Below, piece after piece: positions 47,984 through 57,367 of a DNA stretch of 64,000 nt. Position 1 is the first letter of the stretch; each line of letters starts with the position of its first letter. The stretch is taken from IMG/VR virus record IMGVR_UViG_3300046522_000748, one strand, 5' to 3'. The translations under genes were made by a program, and so were the position numbers. The notes beneath the pieces were generated by a model, which worked only from the letters and a program-made list of their open reading frames with translations, did not search any database and was not told the origin of the DNA. The DNA comes from a virus (lineage: Duplodnaviria > Heunggongvirae > Uroviricota > Caudoviricetes).

Positions 47984-48165
47984 TAGGAGGTCTCATTGTG
48001 ACAGTATGGAGTTTATAGACAAAATCAGGCCCACCCCGGCGAATTTTTGCTGGGCGACCCGACATGCTTTCATGTTTATTATCTATGAAAACCATCTGAC
48101 AAGTAAAGACCAACGAAAAAACCTCCAGTTAAGGAGGCTTTTTGCGAACGTTGAAACTGAGGTGA

Positions 48166-48654
48166 TTATTCGGCCAGCAGCTTCAAGGCCAATTCGGTCT
48201 GATCGACCACATTGAGGTAACCGGTGAGAATTGCTTCCAGTTCTTCAGCCTTGGCGAAATAGTTCTGGCCGTGATTGCTCAGCACCAGCTTGCGGCCTTC
48301 ATCGGTGTTGACCAAAGAGCCTTCGGCGTCACTTTCCCAGCCGCAATGCATCACTGGGAATTTCATGATGGCGTCATAGGCAACGCCGTTGACGACCACT
48401 GCATCCTTCAGATGCTTGGCCTTGAGCAACGCACCACGCTTCGCTAGAAACTGAACGTCAAAGTCCTCGCCAAACACATCTTTGAGCAGTTGAGCTTCAT
48501 GGTTATCAGCGAAGTGCAATTCAAACTGAACCCAGAATTCAATCTCCCAATCCTGCATTTGTTCTACGGACGTGCAGGCTTCGATATCAAAATCACGAGC
48601 TGGTTTACCCATGACGATCATGTTTTTGATGGCTTCGATTTCATTTACGTTCAT
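48166..48654 (-). CDS. hypothetical protein
   Basis: GWESD..LVLSNHG motif; AAGGTG RBS. Confidence 0.7.
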   Translation of the reverse strand: MNVNEIEAIKNMIVMGKPARDFDIEACTSVEQMQDWEIEFWVQFELHFADNHEAQLLKDVFGEDFDVQFLAKRGALLKAKHLKDAVVVNGVAYDAIMKFPVMHCGWESDAEGSLVNTDEGRKLVLSNHGQNYFAKAEELEAILTGYLNVVDQTELALKLLAE

Positions 48655-48703
48655 GGCTTCATTACACCTTTTTAAATATTTTAGCTATTTGCACTGAGGC
48701 TAC

Positions 48704-48731
48704 TTGACATCGTTGTTTCTGATAGTAAGAT
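48704..48731 (+). promoter_or_regulatory. tRNA promoter
   Basis: TTGACA-16-TAAGAT just upstream of the tRNA. Confidence 0.7.
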
Positions 48732-48743
48732 TACATTCATTGA

Positions 48744-48820
48744 CGCGGGGTGGAGCAGTCTGGTAGCTCGACGGGCTCATAACCCGTAGGTCGTAGGTTC
48801 AAATCCTGCCCCCGCAACCA
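48744..48820 (+). tRNA. tRNA-fMet (CAT)
   Basis: 77-nt cloverleaf, C1:A72 mismatch, GGG/CCC anticodon stem, CAT anticodon, GTTCAAA T-loop, encoded CCA. Confidence 0.97.
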
Positions 48821-48828
48821 ATCAAATG

Positions 48829-48854
48829 AAAAGCCGCTCTCTGAGCGGCTTTTT
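48829..48854 (+). terminator. terminator after tRNA
   Basis: AAAAGCCGCTC-tct-GAGCGGCTTTTT. Confidence 0.8.
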
Positions 48855-48926
48855 GCTTTGTCTGCTTAGTGTAGCCAGACCTCGGGCATTTGTCAATGAT
48901 GCAAACGTCTGAGGTTGGCTAAAGCA

Positions 48927-49940
48927 TCAGGGAACTTTGGTAATTTTCACCCTGAAATAAGCATTGGAAAGATAACCAGCGCCGTTCCAGACGTTGGTGA
49001 CGGAAGGGTTTCCCTCCACACTCATTGAGGCGTCAATTTTCATTGTACATGCTGTGTCTCCGTCACAGGAATCTTGGCTAATCACAGGGGTGCCCACCGT
49101 AACACTGGAGTCATGACCAGCATTGAATCCAATAATTTCATATGTCAATCGAGCGTAATACGGCTGTGGTGTGAACTCAAAAACACCATTTCCTTTTATC
49201 CAAGTTCCGAACCCAGGTATCGGTGGCGTGGATTGACCGACCAAAATGTCAGTAATAATGGATACTGATTTGGTTCCTGTTGCACTTTTCGTTTGAGTTT
49301 GATTGGTGACGCTTCTTGAATCTGATAGCTCCGTTTTAATTGGCCCAGCAACTCCTATTATCCTGTAGCGTACGGAGTAATTTTCGGTGTACGAGCAATC
49401 TTCTGCTGTTTGCGTAAACGGAGTGCCTACATCAATAGATGTGACTAATGGAGTCCATGCTGTACATACCGGCGTTCCCACTGTTATCCAACCAGCAGAC
49501 ACAATGGTCAGATCTCTGGAGGATGTACCGTCGTTGAATGTTTGAATTTCAGTGATCGGATCTCCAGCATTTCTAAACTCATGCGTCGTCGTTTCTTGCT
49601 CGCGGTTTTGTTTAACTCGTGACTTCTGAACAGAACAATCATTGGAGGTTTGCTGAGCGGCGCCAACAGCCAGGGTTTTCAAACTTGGAGACCATGTAGT
49701 GCATGCGCCGACTGCGCCGCTCACTGTCCACTCCGTGTATGAGGGCGTTGCAGTCAACCATTGCGGAGTGACCGGTGGTTTCTCTGGCTCTTGTGGTGTT
49801 GAGCTGCCGCTATCATGCTTAACGGCAGTCATCCCTTGCAGCGCGCCCTGATAACGATAACTTGTGTCGGCAGATGATAAGCCCGAGTAGGTAATCAATA
49901 ATGATGAGAGCAGTACTACTTTTAACGAATTCATTTTCAT
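48927..49940 (-). CDS. secreted Thr-rich protein with Cys/Trp repeats
   Basis: Signal peptide; two W..C..W.P..G..QT..C units. Confidence 0.75.
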   Translation of the reverse strand: MKMNSLKVVLLSSLLITYSGLSSADTSYRYQGALQGMTAVKHDSGSSTPQEPEKPPVTPQWLTATPSYTEWTVSGAVGACTTWSPSLKTLAVGAAQQTSNDCSVQKSRVKQNREQETTTHEFRNAGDPITEIQTFNDGTSSRDLTIVSAGWITVGTPVCTAWTPLVTSIDVGTPFTQTAEDCSYTENYSVRYRIIGVAGPIKTELSDSRSVTNQTQTKSATGTKSVSIITDILVGQSTPPIPGFGTWIKGNGVFEFTPQPYYARLTYEIIGFNAGHDSSVTVGTPVISQDSCDGDTACTMKIDASMSVEGNPSVTNVWNGAGYLSNAYFRVKITKVP

Positions 49941-50129
49941 TTCCCTAAGCATACTTTTTTGTTATTGCCATCATTTGCCAATAAAGAAATTGATTGTTTT
50001 TTACTTTTAGCACTTTCAATTGGATTATTGTCGATTTGTCAATAATAGTAGTTATTAATTATTTTAAATATTACACACTTTTGGTGAGTTTTTAACGTCA
50101 GGTTAGAAAATGTTGAAAATATTTATAAG

Positions 50130-50161
50130 AAAAAAGCCCTGATAAAATCAGGGCTTTTTTT
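50130..50161. terminator. bidirectional intrinsic terminator
   Basis: AAAAAAGCCCTGAT-aaa-ATCAGGGCTTTTTT. Confidence 0.75.
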
Positions 50162-50175
50162 GTTAATTAGTTGCT

Positions 50176-51009
50176 TTAAGCAAGCAACATAGTTTTTGAT
50201 TCTGTTGTTCTTTTTCTTGCATAGCGACCACGACCAGTGCGTTGAGTGCGAATCTGACAGATCTTGCGCACTTGCTCTTTCCAATTGGGGTTACCGGTCG
50301 GTCGTCGATCCGCCACGTATTCGTAAATTGCTGGCAAATCCGCCTCGCCCCCATAACTGTCGAGCGCTTCCAGTACCAGTTCCGCCCAACTTGAACGGCC
50401 ATTGATCAGTGCTTCCTGAACATCCTCCGGAAGCTGGCCGACAAAAGCCTGCTCATGAAACAGACTGAAGCCGACCAACAAACGTTTTTCGTCCTTGGTG
50501 AAGATCGCAAAACACAAAGGCTTCTCCAGTCCAGGGTAAATATTCCGGGGAATCATCTCCTGGTACAGACTCCATTGCTCGTTGTAGCGCGCTACTCGAC
50601 TGGCCGTTTGAAAGAAGTACGTTGGCAGGATCATGCCGATCTGACCTTCGGCGGCAAGCCAGTTAATCGCCTTCTCCAGAAAGGTGTCGAAGAGTGCTGT
50701 CTTGAAGGGCGGGTTGCCAATAAAAAGGGTTGGTCGCTCGGGCAGTACCGCATCGCGGATATCCGAGGTAATGATGAGTCGTCCAGTATTCTTTCTCGCC
50801 CGTTCAGCCTCTACTGGGTCGATTTCTATCCCCATAGCCGGTACGTGAGATGGAATCGCCTCAAGAAAGCGTCCAGGGCCACACATGGGCTCAACCACAA
50901 AGTCATTGCTGCCGAGGTGGCTGAAATGCCTTCTGACCAATGCTTCAGCGACCCATGCCGGGGTGAAATATTGATCCAATTGTCTGACTTTGGCGGTGAG
51001 AATTGTCAT
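50176..51009 (-). CDS. SAM-dependent amino-DNA methyltransferase (orphan) with C-terminal helical domain
   Basis: QYFTP, EPMCGPGRF, GIEID, GNPPF. Confidence 0.85.
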   Translation of the reverse strand: MTILTAKVRQLDQYFTPAWVAEALVRRHFSHLGSNDFVVEPMCGPGRFLEAIPSHVPAMGIEIDPVEAERARKNTGRLIITSDIRDAVLPERPTLFIGNPPFKTALFDTFLEKAINWLAAEGQIGMILPTYFFQTASRVARYNEQWSLYQEMIPRNIYPGLEKPLCFAIFTKDEKRLLVGFSLFHEQAFVGQLPEDVQEALINGRSSWAELVLEALDSYGGEADLPAIYEYVADRRPTGNPNWKEQVRKICQIRTQRTGRGRYARKRTTESKTMLLA

Positions 51010-51127
51010 GGTGTGGATTCCGCGATTCCCAAAAATAACAAAAGCGCCTTTAGCGCTCGATTGAGGTTAGTTTAACGAAACTTCGAGATTATGTCAATAT
51101 CAAAAACATGGTGATTATTAGTGCCAA

Positions 51128-51310
51128 TCAGTCTCCTCCATCTCCACCACCATCGCTGTCGCTGTCGCTGTCGGAATCATAAAAGCTGCTGGAGCCCGAT
51201 TGTTTATTGCTCGATGGGTCTGGTGCAACAGCAAAGAGAGCAAGGACCAATGAGACTAGTATTGCGAATATAATTATAGTGCTTATGAGATTTAAGTTGA
51301 TCATATTCAT
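51128..51310 (-). CDS. single-TM peptide with Ser/Asp/Gly tail
   Basis: Hydrophobic N-term, DSDSDSDSDGGGDGGD. Confidence 0.6.
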   Translation of the reverse strand: MNMINLNLISTIIIFAILVSLVLALFAVAPDPSSNKQSGSSSFYDSDSDSDSDGGGDGGD

Positions 51311-51334
51311 GTGGATTTACCTGAGTTGCATTGG

Positions 51335-51613
51335 TTAATCACCACCACCGCCTCCTCCACCATCACCGCCACAACTACCTCCGCTATCACCGCCACAGCT
51401 ATGACCACCAGAGTCACCGAAACCGAACCATCCGCTGCTATTGTCCGTGTCTCTTGATCTGCCGCTGCCCGAGGAGCTTCTAAAGCCACTTGAGCCATGA
51501 CTACTGCTTCTGGATGCACCTTTCTTCCGCGAGTTGCTAGCTCCTTTTGCGAGCATCACAATTAAACTCAGCGGTAATACGACTGCTGCTGTTAAAATCA
51601 ATACCTCTATCAT
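51335..51613 (-). CDS. single-TM peptide with Ser/Gly tail
   Basis: Hydrophobic N-term, GGHSCGGDSGGSCGGDGGGGGGGD; GAGGA RBS. Confidence 0.65.
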   Translation of the reverse strand: MIEVLILTAAVVLPLSLIVMLAKGASNSRKKGASRSSSHGSSGFRSSSGSGRSRDTDNSSGWFGFGDSGGHSCGGDSGGSCGGDGGGGGGGD

Positions 51614-51747
51614 TTTCGATCCTCAGTTTGATTATTATTGTGCTTTGAACCGCACCTATAATATCAACCAAATAATCGAATAGATCAACATTTATTTAAT
51701 GCAAAAAGCCAGTAGCCGTTAAGCTACTGGCTTTTTTATGAGGGAAT

Positions 51748-52005
51748 TTACTTAACGTCGGCGACCTTAAGTTGCGCTTGGTGGAATGCGCCCTGCGCTT
51801 CTGAAAAGCTCCCGCCTTCGTAAATGGTGTCGTAGCCCAGGGTTACCTTGTAGCCGCCACCGATAAAGACACCAAAAATGAGTCGAGATGTCACGCCTTT
51901 TTGTTTTGCGTGCGGAATTGAGATGGAGGCGTATTCAACCAGCTTGTTTTTGCTCCATTCTTCAAAATCGCCTTTCACAATTTCGTTCATCGTCGATATC
52001 TCCAT
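51748..52005 (-). CDS. hypothetical protein
   Basis: Operator promoter 52018-52057; terminator 51703-51737. Confidence 0.65.
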   Translation of the reverse strand: MEISTMNEIVKGDFEEWSKNKLVEYASISIPHAKQKGVTSRLIFGVFIGGGYKVTLGYDTIYEGGSFSEAQGAFHQAQLKVADVK

Positions 52006-52040
52006 GGGAATGGCGCTATTCTACTGCCACCACACCAAAT

Positions 52041-52057
52041 TGTCAACATCAATGACA
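52041..52057. promoter_or_regulatory. operator TGTCA-N7-TGACA
   Basis: Perfect site; TTGACA-17-TAGAAT. Confidence 0.8.
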
Positions 52058-52058
52058 A

Positions 52059-52679
52059 TTAATTCTTCGCATGCATGTTTTGATGGGCATTCCAGATTAA
52101 TTGTTTGAGCAATTCGACAATGCCGTGAGCGACAGCAGGGGAAAAGCCAATTTTGGCTTCAGGATCAGTCAGCGCGGCATCAGCCTTGGCGTCTGACTCA
52201 ATCAGACTGAGTGGGATCTCAAGTGCTTCCGTTGCGGACTCGTGAGCAATAATCTTCAAGCCATCTGTGGTGCCATAGGCTTGTTTCACTGCCTCAGTAA
52301 GGCCCAATATCATTTCAGACAAGAAGCCATTTCGCTCACTGACAGGTTTCAGCATTTCTGAATTAACGTCCGCCTCCATCTCACTCAGCGCGAAGCTGTA
52401 TTGCCTTCCTTGATGAACCACATTGATCTCAATGAAACGAGCAATGGCCCATTCAGGAAGCTGCTCGCTGTACTCTACCGCCGTTTGAGAGGCCTCATTG
52501 CCAAGCACAAAGGCTTCTACTTCGACGACCAACTCCTCGGCCAGTGTATGATAGAGGCCATTATTTAATGCCTGAGCATAAAGAATCATGTGTTCTTCTG
52601 TGCTGAAGACATATCGAACAGTCACAGGGGGTTCGTGGTGAGGGAATTTAACTTGGGTGGTGCCGACTATATAGGTCAT
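52059..52679 (-). CDS. hypothetical protein
   Basis: 206-aa ORF. Confidence 0.7.
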   Translation of the reverse strand: MTYIVGTTQVKFPHHEPPVTVRYVFSTEEHMILYAQALNNGLYHTLAEELVVEVEAFVLGNEASQTAVEYSEQLPEWAIARFIEINVVHQGRQYSFALSEMEADVNSEMLKPVSERNGFLSEMILGLTEAVKQAYGTTDGLKIIAHESATEALEIPLSLIESDAKADAALTDPEAKIGFSPAVAHGIVELLKQLIWNAHQNMHAKN

Positions 52680-52831
52680 ATCAATACATTTCTCTTATTG
52701 TTGGTTTCACGTATTTTACATTAAAAGCTAGCAAAAACATATAATTACGGATTAACGATAATTTGATTTTCTTTCGCCCAACAAAAAAAGAGGCCGAAGC
52801 CTCTTTTATCTGTTTGACGCCTATAATCAGG

Positions 52832-53401
52832 TCAAGCCGTGCAAACCGCCCAGCCCGGCAGCTCCGACACCACCTCCAGGCCAAAGTCGGCGGGGTTGGT
52901 AAACAGCTCACCGTTGGCGTTAATCAGTGAATCTTCCAGATCGGCGTGTTCGTCTTCTGTGGCTGGGGTAAAGCTGTCTTCGATAGCTCGATTTCGCTGA
53001 ACCAACGCCGCTACCAGCGTCTCCGTGGAGGCATCCAGCACGACCATCGCGATGCGTTCCGATTTGTCATCATCGAATAGATGGCCCCATCCCCCAACAA
53101 TGAATTTTTTCTCACTGGCTTCCGTAACCCAGTACGGCAGGCTGGTGACATCTTGAAGGCCGTAATCAGCAGGCCTTCCAAAAAGCTCGCTGTTTGCATT
53201 GATCAGAGAATCCTGCAATTCTCGATGTTCTTCCTTGGTCGCTGGAGTCAGGTGTTTTTCATCCTCACCTTTTCGGCGGTATATCATGGCTGCCACCAGA
53301 TGCCGCGTTGCAGTATCGATCACAATCAGGGTCGCACTTTCTTCTGGCTTGCCTTCAAAATGGTGCGCCCATAGGCCGGTGAGGTATGCTTTTTCGCTCA
53401 T
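52832..53401 (-). CDS. two-repeat hypothetical protein
   Basis: Two ~90-aa units ending DSLINAN.ELF..PAD.GL...LP.W. Confidence 0.75.
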   Translation of the reverse strand: MSEKAYLTGLWAHHFEGKPEESATLIVIDTATRHLVAAMIYRRKGEDEKHLTPATKEEHRELQDSLINANSELFGRPADYGLQDVTSLPYWVTEASEKKFIVGGWGHLFDDDKSERIAMVVLDASTETLVAALVQRNRAIEDSFTPATEDEHADLEDSLINANGELFTNPADFGLEVVSELPGWAVCTA

Positions 53402-53540
53402 TGCTGTACTCCGTCAGGTCAGTAATTTGACCATGATTCAAAGATTGGTAGAAAACATCTGGGTACGATGCCCGAAATTCCTGAATTTACTTCGATGCCT
53501 GATGCCAGCTTACGCTGAAGTGGCCAGCCGGTTGTTCTCC

Positions 53541-53900
53541 CTACCCGAAGACTTCCCTGAGATGCTCGGCGGCGCTGAGCAGGCCGAAGACCTCGCAGGT
53601 CGTCGCCAGATCCAGTGCCTGCGCCATAGTGGAATCCTGGCGTTGCGGTAGCTGGCCGATGTACGGGTGGCAGGCATCCAGGTCGAGCCGATGTTCAGCG
53701 CTTCGCACAATCATTACACGCAGATCGCGAATGTAATCGGCGGCGTCATACAGCCCCAGCCAGTTGGCCAGCACGTGGGCGTCCACAAGCTGCCCTTCCT
53801 TCACGTCCAGGCTCACTGCAAAGAGCGGGATGCGCTCAAGCACCTCGGCCAAACTGAATTGTTCTGCGCGAATCGGCAGGGTTACCTTGGAAGAGAGCAT
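53541..53900 (-). CDS. hypothetical protein
   Basis: GAGG RBS. Confidence 0.6.
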   Translation of the reverse strand: MLSSKVTLPIRAEQFSLAEVLERIPLFAVSLDVKEGQLVDAHVLANWLGLYDAADYIRDLRVMIVRSAEHRLDLDACHPYIGQLPQRQDSTMAQALDLATTCEVFGLLSAAEHLREVFG

Positions 53901-53966
53901 GGGGGACTACCTCGACCATCGCTGGGCCACTTAAGGGGCGAGTATCGCCCCTTGTATAGGGTTGGA

Positions 53967-54308
53967 TCAGATGTCTTGACGCGAGCGTTCGCTGTCGTTG
54001 GCCAAGGCGCGGAAATCTTCCCACTTCATGGCAACGATGCGCTCAAAGAGTTCGACTTGTTCTTGGCTCGGGCCGAAATAACCTGAGTCCTGTTTGCCGA
54101 GGTTGTCAGTGACCACAAAGCCCCTGCGGTCGCCCTCGGGTTCTTTCAGGATGGCGACGCCGTTCATTTCAGACCCAATCAGACCCATCGCATTGTAGGC
54201 ACCGTACACCAGTACGCGGAATTTGCCATTTGGGCCGAAGTCCACAATCTTGTCAGAGGTGACCCCAACGAACTGGGCTACGGTAGGGTGGGTGCTGATA
54301 ACGGTCAT
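53967..54308 (-). CDS. conserved hypothetical protein
   Basis: VLVYGAYNAMGLIGSE.NG..SGYFGPS; operator promoter 54340-54379. Confidence 0.75.
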   Translation of the reverse strand: MTVISTHPTVAQFVGVTSDKIVDFGPNGKFRVLVYGAYNAMGLIGSEMNGVAILKEPEGDRRGFVVTDNLGKQDSGYFGPSQEQVELFERIVAMKWEDFRALANDSERSRQDI

Positions 54309-54362
54309 CGTGGCATTCCTGACTGGTTTTGATGTGCCCATTATACAGCGCATGGGCACTTA

Positions 54363-54379
54363 TGTCAATACAATTGACA
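54363..54379. promoter_or_regulatory. operator TGTCA-N7-TGACA
   Basis: Perfect site; TTGACA-17-TATAAT. Confidence 0.8.
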
Positions 54380-54380
54380 A

Positions 54381-55169
54381 TTAAGCGGCGTTTAGTGCCA
54401 AACCTCGCGCCACCACCTGTGCTTCAAAGCTTTCGAGCAGTTCAGTGGTCGAGGCAAGCTTGGTTTCAGGCCCGAAACCTACCAGGGTATTAGCTGCCAG
54501 TTCCAAAATCTTGGCGCGATGCTCGTGGTATGCGACGGTTTTGGCATCGTTCCAGTCTTCAAGAAATTGAATTTGCCCCATCACGCAGAGCACTGCTTGG
54601 CGAATGGGCTCGCCCAGCTCCATTGCTTCTTTGTCGGCAACTTTTCGGTGTTGATCCATTTCTGGATACAGGTACTGGCCTGCTTCAATGGCATCCAGAA
54701 CTTCGTCATCACACAGCATTTCGAAAAGATTTTTTTGTAGAGTCGAATGGGTCTCGCGCAATTGCAGAATCCACTCGGCGGTAGGGGTCAATGTCTCAAG
54801 ACGTTGACCGTAGAAGACTGCTGCATCACGCTTCTCATCAAACGTGGTGAAGGAGATGTGGAAGCCTCGGGCCTGAATCACTGCGCAGGCGGAATAGTCG
54901 CAGCATTCCGGGTAGGCGCGTTTGCTCGGTAGCATGGCCTGGATTTCAACCGACGTGCCTTGCAGGTGGTTGATCACCAGTTGATCATGGTTGTACGTCA
55001 GAACATGGATGACGCCATCTTCCAGGTAGGTGTGGATAGTGCCTGCGCCGTCGCAGTGATAGCCATAGATCAAGGTGCGAGAAATATGCGGATCGCGAAT
55101 GTCGGAAATCGAGAGGCAGGTCGGCTGGGCTTCCACGTGGCAAAGGTTTTCGTAGGCTTCTTTGTTCAT
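54381..55169 (-). CDS. hypothetical protein, paralog family with 55226..56044 and 59129..59500
   Basis: RTLIYGY..HTYLEDG..PSKRAYPECCD..C; operator promoter 55197-55236. Confidence 0.75.
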   Translation of the reverse strand: MNKEAYENLCHVEAQPTCLSISDIRDPHISRTLIYGYHCDGAGTIHTYLEDGVIHVLTYNHDQLVINHLQGTSVEIQAMLPSKRAYPECCDYSACAVIQARGFHISFTTFDEKRDAAVFYGQRLETLTPTAEWILQLRETHSTLQKNLFEMLCDDEVLDAIEAGQYLYPEMDQHRKVADKEAMELGEPIRQAVLCVMGQIQFLEDWNDAKTVAYHEHRAKILELAANTLVGFGPETKLASTTELLESFEAQVVARGLALNAA

Positions 55170-55219
55170 GAGAGGTACTCAATTGGGAATGGTGTCAGTA
55201 TAGTCATTGTCGCCGCAAT

Positions 55220-55236
55220 TGTCAATCACATTGACA
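55220..55236. promoter_or_regulatory. operator TGTCA-N7-TGACA
   Basis: Perfect site; TTGACA-17-TATACT. Confidence 0.8.
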
Positions 55237-56044
55237 CTTTGGCGTTGAAATCGCTCAACCCCAACTTATCAGCGGCTTCGCGGATATCCATAAAGAGTTT
55301 GATGATCTTAAATGCATAATCCTCAGGCGGCTCAACGGGCTCTGTTTGTGCCTTGATTTTTTCTTCGAGAAGATCATCATGAAATTTCACAATGGTCTGC
55401 AACAACAGTTCAAAATCCAGGTGATCCTGAGTGGTCAGCTTTGTCAGGCTGTCGAGGTTTTCTGCGACCCGCTGAAGATGACGGATGGGCCGACTCAGAT
55501 CATGCTCTTCGGCAAAAATGCGTTGTTCGCGATTGTTTTCGCCTAGTGTGGCTGGAAAGTTATTCTGGATAGTCGCAGTCGCGAGCTGACGCGTTTCGGC
55601 GCGCACACGTTGGCAGAGTGCTACCAGATCCAGTCGTTCTTTTGGCGGTGCGGCCAATTGCCCCCAGGTTTTGCCATGCAGAGCCTGTTGCACCCACTGC
55701 GCATCAGACACTTCAAACTTGATGTTGGCTCCGCGTTCCACCAAAAGGCGGCACAGTTCGGCATCACAAGCGTTCGCAAAAGCGTGAATATTGGGGACAA
55801 ACGTTTCCAGTGCCAGCGACTCGCCCCTCCAACACTGGGTCATCCGCCCCTTGTCATTGTAATTGAAGGCGATAAAACGCCCTTCGCAGATATACACATG
55901 ATGGTGAAACAGCTCGGAATTCAGCATGGAGGCGCCGAAAATAACCGTGCGGTTGCTCTGATCAGACAACTCGGTCACGTGGATTCGAACTTTGTTTGGT
56001 TGTCGTTGCAGTACCAACAGGGCTTCATATTGCGCTGGTTTCAT
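55226..56044 (-). CDS. hypothetical protein, paralog of 54381..55169
   Basis: RTVIFG..HVYICEG..P..ACDAELC. Confidence 0.7.
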   Translation of the reverse strand: MKPAQYEALLVLQRQPNKVRIHVTELSDQSNRTVIFGASMLNSELFHHHVYICEGRFIAFNYNDKGRMTQCWRGESLALETFVPNIHAFANACDAELCRLLVERGANIKFEVSDAQWVQQALHGKTWGQLAAPPKERLDLVALCQRVRAETRQLATATIQNNFPATLGENNREQRIFAEEHDLSRPIRHLQRVAENLDSLTKLTTQDHLDFELLLQTIVKFHDDLLEEKIKAQTEPVEPPEDYAFKIIKLFMDIREAADKLGLSDFNAKVSM

Positions 56045-56091
56045 CTCGTTCTTCCGTAATCAAGGGCTGGAAAGCAGCGCAATGCAGCCGC

Positions 56092-56403
56092 CTAGTTGGC
56101 TGGGTTCGGGTAGTGACGCACAATGCTGGTCGGAATTGCATGCGCGATTCCGGAACTGGTTTGCATCCAGTGCTGAACGTCATAGCCCAGCTTGATGGCC
56201 TTGTTCACGGCATCTGGAAGCGAGTAGCAATCCTCGATGTTGACGAAATCAACATCGTTGTTCTCTTTCCTCAGGTGGATGTAGAACCCTTTGCCAGGAT
56301 TGCGTTTATTGAAGTCTGGATCATCGTCCATCACCAGCAGCATCTTTGGCAGATTCGCTGGCGGCGTTGCGTCGATGACTTTAAAATCGCTGGGCTTGGT
56401 CAT
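56092..56403 (-). CDS. hypothetical protein
   Basis: Operator promoter 56441-56480. Confidence 0.65.
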   Translation of the reverse strand: MTKPSDFKVIDATPPANLPKMLLVMDDDPDFNKRNPGKGFYIHLRKENNDVDFVNIEDCYSLPDAVNKAIKLGYDVQHWMQTSSGIAHAIPTSIVRHYPNPAN

Positions 56404-56463
56404 GGGAATACCTGTAAGCGCATTTGTTTGTGTGATGGCCAGTATAGCTGGCATACGCACAAC

Positions 56464-56480
56464 TGTCAATGCAAATGACA
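56464..56480. promoter_or_regulatory. operator TGTCA-N7-TGACA
   Basis: Perfect site; TTGACA-17-TATACT. Confidence 0.8.
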
Positions 56481-56587
56481 TTTTTCCGAGTATTATCTGT
56501 ACCTATAATGGAGGGTGTTTTTGTGTTTATGATATTGACATGATGACCTGATATCGCTATACTGGGCACATTCCAAAGGAGATCGTC

Positions 56588-57367
56588 ATGTCGTTCAAAC
56601 ACCTGACCCCTGCACACACAATCAAGATGCGCCAAGCGGTCGCTGAAATGAGCGGCATCATCGCTGTGGCTCAGACGATTAAAGATCCAGTGCTGTCGGC
56701 AAGCATCGTCAGTAAGACCCAGTACGCCATTGACGAGCTGAAGGCGCGTTACGCTGAAATCGAAAATGAAGACGGCACCGTGTTGGTCAAACACCCTGCC
56801 ATCGGTTACGTGACTGTCGATGAGGCCTTGTGCGAAGAGCCTGTGCGCCTGTTTGCCTCCAAAGTGCAGTCGCTGAGCACCAACCGGATTCGCCTGTACG
56901 GCGCCGACGCACTGGTTGGCGTTGACGGCAACGTCACCTACGTCAACCGCAAGTTGATCATTGATGTTGAAATGACTCAAATGGCGTTTGCGTCCCTGTT
57001 GGCCAATCCTGGCCGTGGCGAGTATGCCGCGACCATCCGTGAGTTGAATGGCGTGCCTGTCAGCTATGACGGCGACCTGAACAGCAAGCGCGGCAAACTG
57101 ATGTTCAATGAATCCCTGAATTCCACCGAAGGCATGGCTCAATGGGCTGTGAAGCTGGTCGAGCAAGCTCAAGAGGCTGCCAACAAGGGTGGTACTCTGA
57201 GCAAAGGGGCTCGCGCTGAGATGGACAAAAATGCGGAAGTCCTGAGTAGCTGGACAGAAAGCAACCCGGCGTTCTACGCCCAGCTTCTGGCTGACTTCAC
57301 CGCTTCGACGACCACTGACATGAAGATGGAAATCATGTCCGCCACCAAATTCATGGGGAAAAAATAA
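56588..57367 (+). CDS. hypothetical protein, first of a coupled pair
   Basis: AAGGAG RBS; promoter TTGACA-17-TATACT at 56535-56563. Confidence 0.8.
   Translation: MSFKHLTPAHTIKMRQAVAEMSGIIAVAQTIKDPVLSASIVSKTQYAIDELKARYAEIENEDGTVLVKHPAIGYVTVDEALCEEPVRLFASKVQSLSTNRIRLYGADALVGVDGNVTYVNRKLIIDVEMTQMAFASLLANPGRGEYAATIRELNGVPVSYDGDLNSKRGKLMFNESLNSTEGMAQWAVKLVEQAQEAANKGGTLSKGARAEMDKNAEVLSSWTESNPAFYAQLLADFTASTTTDMKMEIMSATKFMGKK

Noticed and set aside
48744-48820. tRNA as an integration site marking a genomic island border
   Set aside because: No integrase or duplicated 3' end seen, and gene content is similar on both sides
51150-51180. (TCGCTG)n short tandem repeat as a phase-variation tract
   Set aside because: Only about three in-frame units encoding Asp-Ser
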